Positions 55,364-57,368 of a DNA stretch of 57,368 bases are shown here, piece after piece (the stretch's first letter is position 1; each line of letters begins with the position of its first letter). A program made the translations under genes and the position numbers. Source of the stretch: a virus (lineage: Duplodnaviria; Caudoviricetes); IMG/VR virus record IMGVR_UViG_3300044993_000663, positions 1-57,368 of that record; one strand, 5' to 3'. The notes beneath the pieces were generated by a model that worked only from the letters and a program-made list of their open reading frames with translations, was not told where the DNA came from and made no database searches.

Positions 55364-57368
55364 TAGCGACGACCTCCTTGGAGCGAGGAGAGTCGCAGCC
55401 GCGGCCGCCGCTCGGCGTGTGCATCCGTCCCGAAGAGCACCGCCCCGTGCATCGACGCCGCGACGGCCGCGCCCACGAGGCAGTCGAGCCAGTGGTTGTC
55501 GAGGCCGTCGACGCGGAGTTTCCACTCATCGACCGTGCGGCCCCGACCCTCGGTCTTCACGCGGTACTCGCTGGTCAGGTGCTCGGCGATGAGCCGGTGC
55601 GGCTCCGGCTTGCTGCCGAAGAACGACAGGCAGCCGGGATCGCCCATGGGCACTGCCAGGCGGGCATCGACGAACGACTTCCAGTAGTTCGTGTCGAAGA
55701 CGACGTGCCGCACGGCGCGCTTGCCGGTCACCACGGGCACGCGCCAGTTCAGGCCGCTCCGCTCGCCGCGCTTGCGCTTGTAGTCGGAGAACGGGATGCT
55801 CGATGCGCCGACATATCTCCCGTGGCTGGGCATGAGCACGCCCGCGTGCGGTGACTGCCGACAGAACTGATAGACCACGTCCGTGGACGAGCCCCAGTTC
55901 GCGTCGATCAGGCAGCGGTCGATGCGCACCATCGCGCCGTCGTCGCGCCGCCACTCTCGGGCCACCGTCGCGCCGATCAGCCGCTCCAGCCCGGCGTAGA
56001 TCGCTCCTTCGACGCCGGCCCGGGGCGCAGCCGTCGCCAGTGTGCGGCGCATGTCGCGGAGCGTGAAGTACGCCGCCTTCTGATCGGGTTCGGTGCCGTA
56101 GTCGATGACGTACCCGGTGAAGTCGTCTTCCCACGCGGCGACCAGGTAGAACAGCGCCTTGCCCTGCACGTCCACGAACATCGTCAGGCGCGTGCAGCCC
56201 AGGGGCACCTGCCCGCGCTGGTGCCCGCTCACCTTCGCCGCGATCTGGTCGGCGGTGAGCAGGTCGTCCGACGCCTGCACCTCAGGCAGCGGCTCGTTCT
56301 GGTACTCCGCGAAGAACGCCGCCTCGTTCTGGAGCTTCAGGTTCATCGCGTGCTGGAGCGCCGAGAGCTCGTCGTGATTGAACCGCTCGGGCCACGCGAC
56401 CATCGCACCCTCGTCCATCGCGGATCGGTGCTGCTTGTAGAACTCCGTGGCGGCCTTGATGCCCCGGTCGCTGCGCAGCCCCTCGGCCCGGATCTCCGCG
56501 TACCGCTGCCACAGCGCCTCCCGCGCCGGGAAGGCGTAGACCATCTTCGTCCGCTCGCCCTGCCACTGCGGGTGCTTGTCACGGTCCAGAATGCGGTCGG
56601 CCAGGTCGTCGGGGCGAACGACGGTGAGGGTCATCAGCCCGGCGATCTTCTTGCCTGGCCCGGCAAGCCCAAGAATCGCGCCGGCGAGGATGCGCTCGCG
56701 GTTGGCGCACTGCGACGGCGACCGGGCGCTCTCGTCGGTCTGCGGATCGTCGATGAGCACCAGCGACGGGCGGACGCTCACGCCATCGACTCGCTTGTGC
56801 TTCATGCCGCGGATGCGCCCGGTGATCCCGGCGACTCGGATGATGGACCCCGACGCCGCGGAGCCGGGGATCGTCGGCAGCACGATCTCGCGCGCGGTCC
56901 AGCCGATGTGCGTCTGCTTGCCCTGGTAGAGCTGGCCAGACGCCCGCTGATGGATGCCTTCGAGCGATCGGATCGGGTGGCAGACCTCCGGGAAGTCAGC
57001 CCCGAGAATCTCGCTGTTCTCCAGCTCGGCCTTGATCGATTCGAGCATCCCCGCCGCGTGCTCTTCATCGGAGCCGACGAGTGCCACGAACTCCCGGTGC
57101 CCGTACACGAGCGCCCAGAGGCAGGCGGTCTCGCACAGGCTGGTCTTGCCGCTGCCGCGTGGCATGGCCATCGCAAAGAGCCCGCCCTCCAGCACCGCCT
57201 GCTCGATCTTGGCGATGACGCGCAGGTGGTCGGGCGACCACGGCAAGTGGAACGTCTGCGCGAAGTAGGCGTCGCAGAAGAATCGGAAGTCACGAGCGGC
57301 CCTCTCCTTCCGCGCCGGATCGGCCACAGACGGCAGGTCGCCGATGTCGCGCCCCGAGAGCGAGAGCA
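55363..57368 (-). CDS. Terminase large subunit (GpA-like), 5' end outside window
   Basis: AMPRGSGKT, VLIDDPQTD, FVDVQ, DNHWLDC; frame open to the window edge. Confidence 0.92.
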   Translation of the reverse strand, partial: LSLSGRDIGDLPSVADPARKERAARDFRFFCDAYFAQTFHLPWSPDHLRVIAKIEQAVLEGGLFAMAMPRGSGKTSLCETACLWALVYGHREFVALVGSDEEHAAGMLESIKAELENSEILGADFPEVCHPIRSLEGIHQRASGQLYQGKQTHIGWTAREIVLPTIPGSAASGSIIRVAGITGRIRGMKHKRVDGVSVRPSLVLIDDPQTDESARSPSQCANRERILAGAILGLAGPGKKIAGLMTLTVVRPDDLADRILDRDKHPQWQGERTKMVYAFPAREALWQRYAEIRAEGLRSDRGIKAATEFYKQHRSAMDEGAMVAWPERFNHDELSALQHAMNLKLQNEAAFFAEYQNEPLPEVQASDDLLTADQIAAKVSGHQRGQVPLGCTRLTMFVDVQGKALFYLVAAWEDDFTGYVIDYGTEPDQKAAYFTLRDMRRTLATAAPRAGVEGAIYAGLERLIGATVAREWRRDDGAMVRIDRCLIDANWGSSTDVVYQFCRQSPHAGVLMPSHGRYVGASSIPFSDYKRKRGERSGLNWRVPVVTGKRAVRHVVFDTNYWKSFVDARLAVPMGDPGCLSFFGSKPEPHRLIAEHLTSEYRVKTEGRGRTVDEWKLRVDGLDNHWLDCLVGAAVAASMHGAVLFGTDAHAERRPRLRLSSLQGGRR

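Larger units (their letters stand above)
39012..57368 (-). mobile_element. Prophage head-tail module (siphovirus-like)
   Basis: Canonical order terminase, portal, protease/capsid, head-tail, tail tube, chaperone, tape measure, distal tail genes. Confidence 0.92.

Overview
GC-rich window, most likely from a planctomycete (Phycisphaerales-like; inferred from the dockerin-bearing Rhs protein and the element type). It is dominated by a temperate-phage-like element read on the minus strand. Right (39.0-57.4 kb): terminase, lambda-type portal, protease-capsid fusion, head-tail genes, a siphovirus-like tail with tape measure, then an odd distal module (methyltransferase, glycosyltransferase-like protein, Ser/Gly-rich Hint protein) with two opposite-strand insertions (TIR protein, permuted ACP-like protein). 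Left (1-9.9 kb): DUF2924/large serine recombinase, HTH-PIN toxin-antitoxin pair, sigma factor and replication/recombination genes. Cargo lies between: a tightly coupled 7-gene operon (Ycf46-like AAA ATPase, UPF1-like SF1 helicase, PLD-like HDR protein, coiled-coil protein, DUF2997, DUF1257, radical SAM) that looks like an uncharacterised conflict/defence system; a degenerate tRNA-3'-end-like att candidate; a pile of IS remnants; and a signal-peptide Rhs toxin plus immunity gene divergent from a reduced type II secretion operon. The motif CACGCCAC-N14-GCGTAGATGG occurs three times with identical spacing, upstream of the replication, recombinase and head operons, and is a strong candidate promoter for the element's own sigma factor. 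Family names come from motif recognition by eye, not from database searches.
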